A DNA stretch of 64,000 bases from sequence record PX104378.1. One strand, written 5' to 3'. Both the position numbers and the translations under genes were made by a program. The DNA is from a phage. Below, one piece after another: positions 63,507-64,000 of the stretch. How positions within the stretch are numbered: position 1 is the stretch's first letter; each line of letters starts with the position of its first letter. The notes beneath the pieces were generated by a model. That model did no database searches. It saw nothing but the letters and a program-made list of their open reading frames with translations, and had not been told where the DNA came from.

Positions 63507-64000
63507 ATGTCAGATCTAGGCTTAGATATGAAGCAATTAATGAATTTCGAAAGTCTAGGTCTTCCGGGGTCATTCGACGCGGAAGAAGATCGAGTGAGTT
63601 ATGATCCGCTCGTCTTGACTCCGGTCGAAAGCCATCCAGAAGATCGTAATATTGACTTACAACGAGATTATAATGAGGCACGCCAGAACATTCATTTTCA
63701 GAATCAGATGATGATGGACGCAGCAAAGATTTATCTTGAACTTGCAAAAAATAGTGAGTCTCCGAGGTTCCTACAAGCATTTAACGGCCTCATGCAGCAA
63801 ATGAGCAACAACAATAAAGAATTGCTGAATATCCATAAGGATATGAAGAAAATCACCGAGCAAGCTGGAGAGAAAAAGAAAGATAATACTCCAGCCGCAC
63901 CAGTTAATATCCAGAATGCGACCGTCTTTATGGGTTCTCCTAGTGATTTAATGGATGAAATCGAAGACGAGGAAGCGCGAGTTATTGAAGGTGAGACAGT
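63507..64000 (+). CDS. 16: gp16 terminase small subunit (partial, runs off right edge)
   Basis: NIQNATVFMGSPSDLMDEIEDEEA and HFQNQMMMDAAKIYLELAKNSESPR match T4 gp16; no stop before window end. Confidence 0.9.
   Translation, partial: MSDLGLDMKQLMNFESLGLPGSFDAEEDRVSYDPLVLTPVESHPEDRNIDLQRDYNEARQNIHFQNQMMMDAAKIYLELAKNSESPRFLQAFNGLMQQMSNNNKELLNIHKDMKKITEQAGEKKKDNTPAAPVNIQNATVFMGSPSDLMDEIEDEEARVIEGET

Noticed and set aside
44457-63780. Minus-strand ORFs inside the plus-strand late structural genes (e.g. 44568-44944, 45386-45694, 48880-49152, 50224-50640, 53033-53488, 53592-53912, 54768-55016, 56409-56633, 59266-59916, 63505-63780)
   Set aside because: All are fully contained antisense within gp5-gp16 or the methyltransferase cassette genes, which have strong homology support; no independent signals.
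1-64000. CRISPR array or other long tandem repeats
   Set aside because: The only recurrent element is the ~60-90 bp promoter/leader cassette, which has variable spacing, sits in front of genes and has promoter architecture; no regular repeat-spacer periodicity.

Overview
This 64-kb window is a segment of a T4-type myophage genome, in the same gene order and orientation as the standard T4 map. Positions 1-43537 are a dense minus-strand block of early/middle genes: gp46 (N-terminus only, gene runs off the left edge), gp47, late sigma factor gp55, two glutaredoxins, anaerobic ribonucleotide reductase NrdD/NrdG, EndoVII (gp49), Dam, thymidine kinase, RegB, a GrcA-like glycyl-radical cofactor, a TARG1/DarG-like macro-domain protein, an M15-peptidase endolysin, gp57B/57A, dNMP kinase gp1 and the completion genes 3-2-4. 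Between these lie about 70 small ORFs of unknown function, two HNH homing endonucleases, three tandem paralog families and a gp38-like glycine-rich adhesin homolog. Positions 43553-64000 are plus-strand late structural genes in T4 order (53, 5, 5.1, 5.4, 6, 7, 8, 9, 10, 11, 12, wac, 13, 14, 15, 16-partial), interrupted between gp8 and gp9 by a three-gene methyltransferase cassette with its own sigma70-type promoter. Early genes are punctuated by more than 15 copies of a conserved terminator / promoter / leader cassette (PeSL-like), and late genes carry TATAAATA late promoters. No rRNA, tRNA or CRISPR array was found. All calls come from reading the translations against remembered T4 protein sequences and motifs; no database search or computation was run. 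Several CDS starts were moved from the ORF-track start to an internal ATG/GTG/TTG preceded by a ribosome-binding site, and regulatory coordinates may be off by 1-2 nt. The strongest candidates for something new are the methyltransferase cassette, the displaced gp38-like gene, the expanded paralog domain family flanking nrdD/nrdG, and the macro-domain protein.
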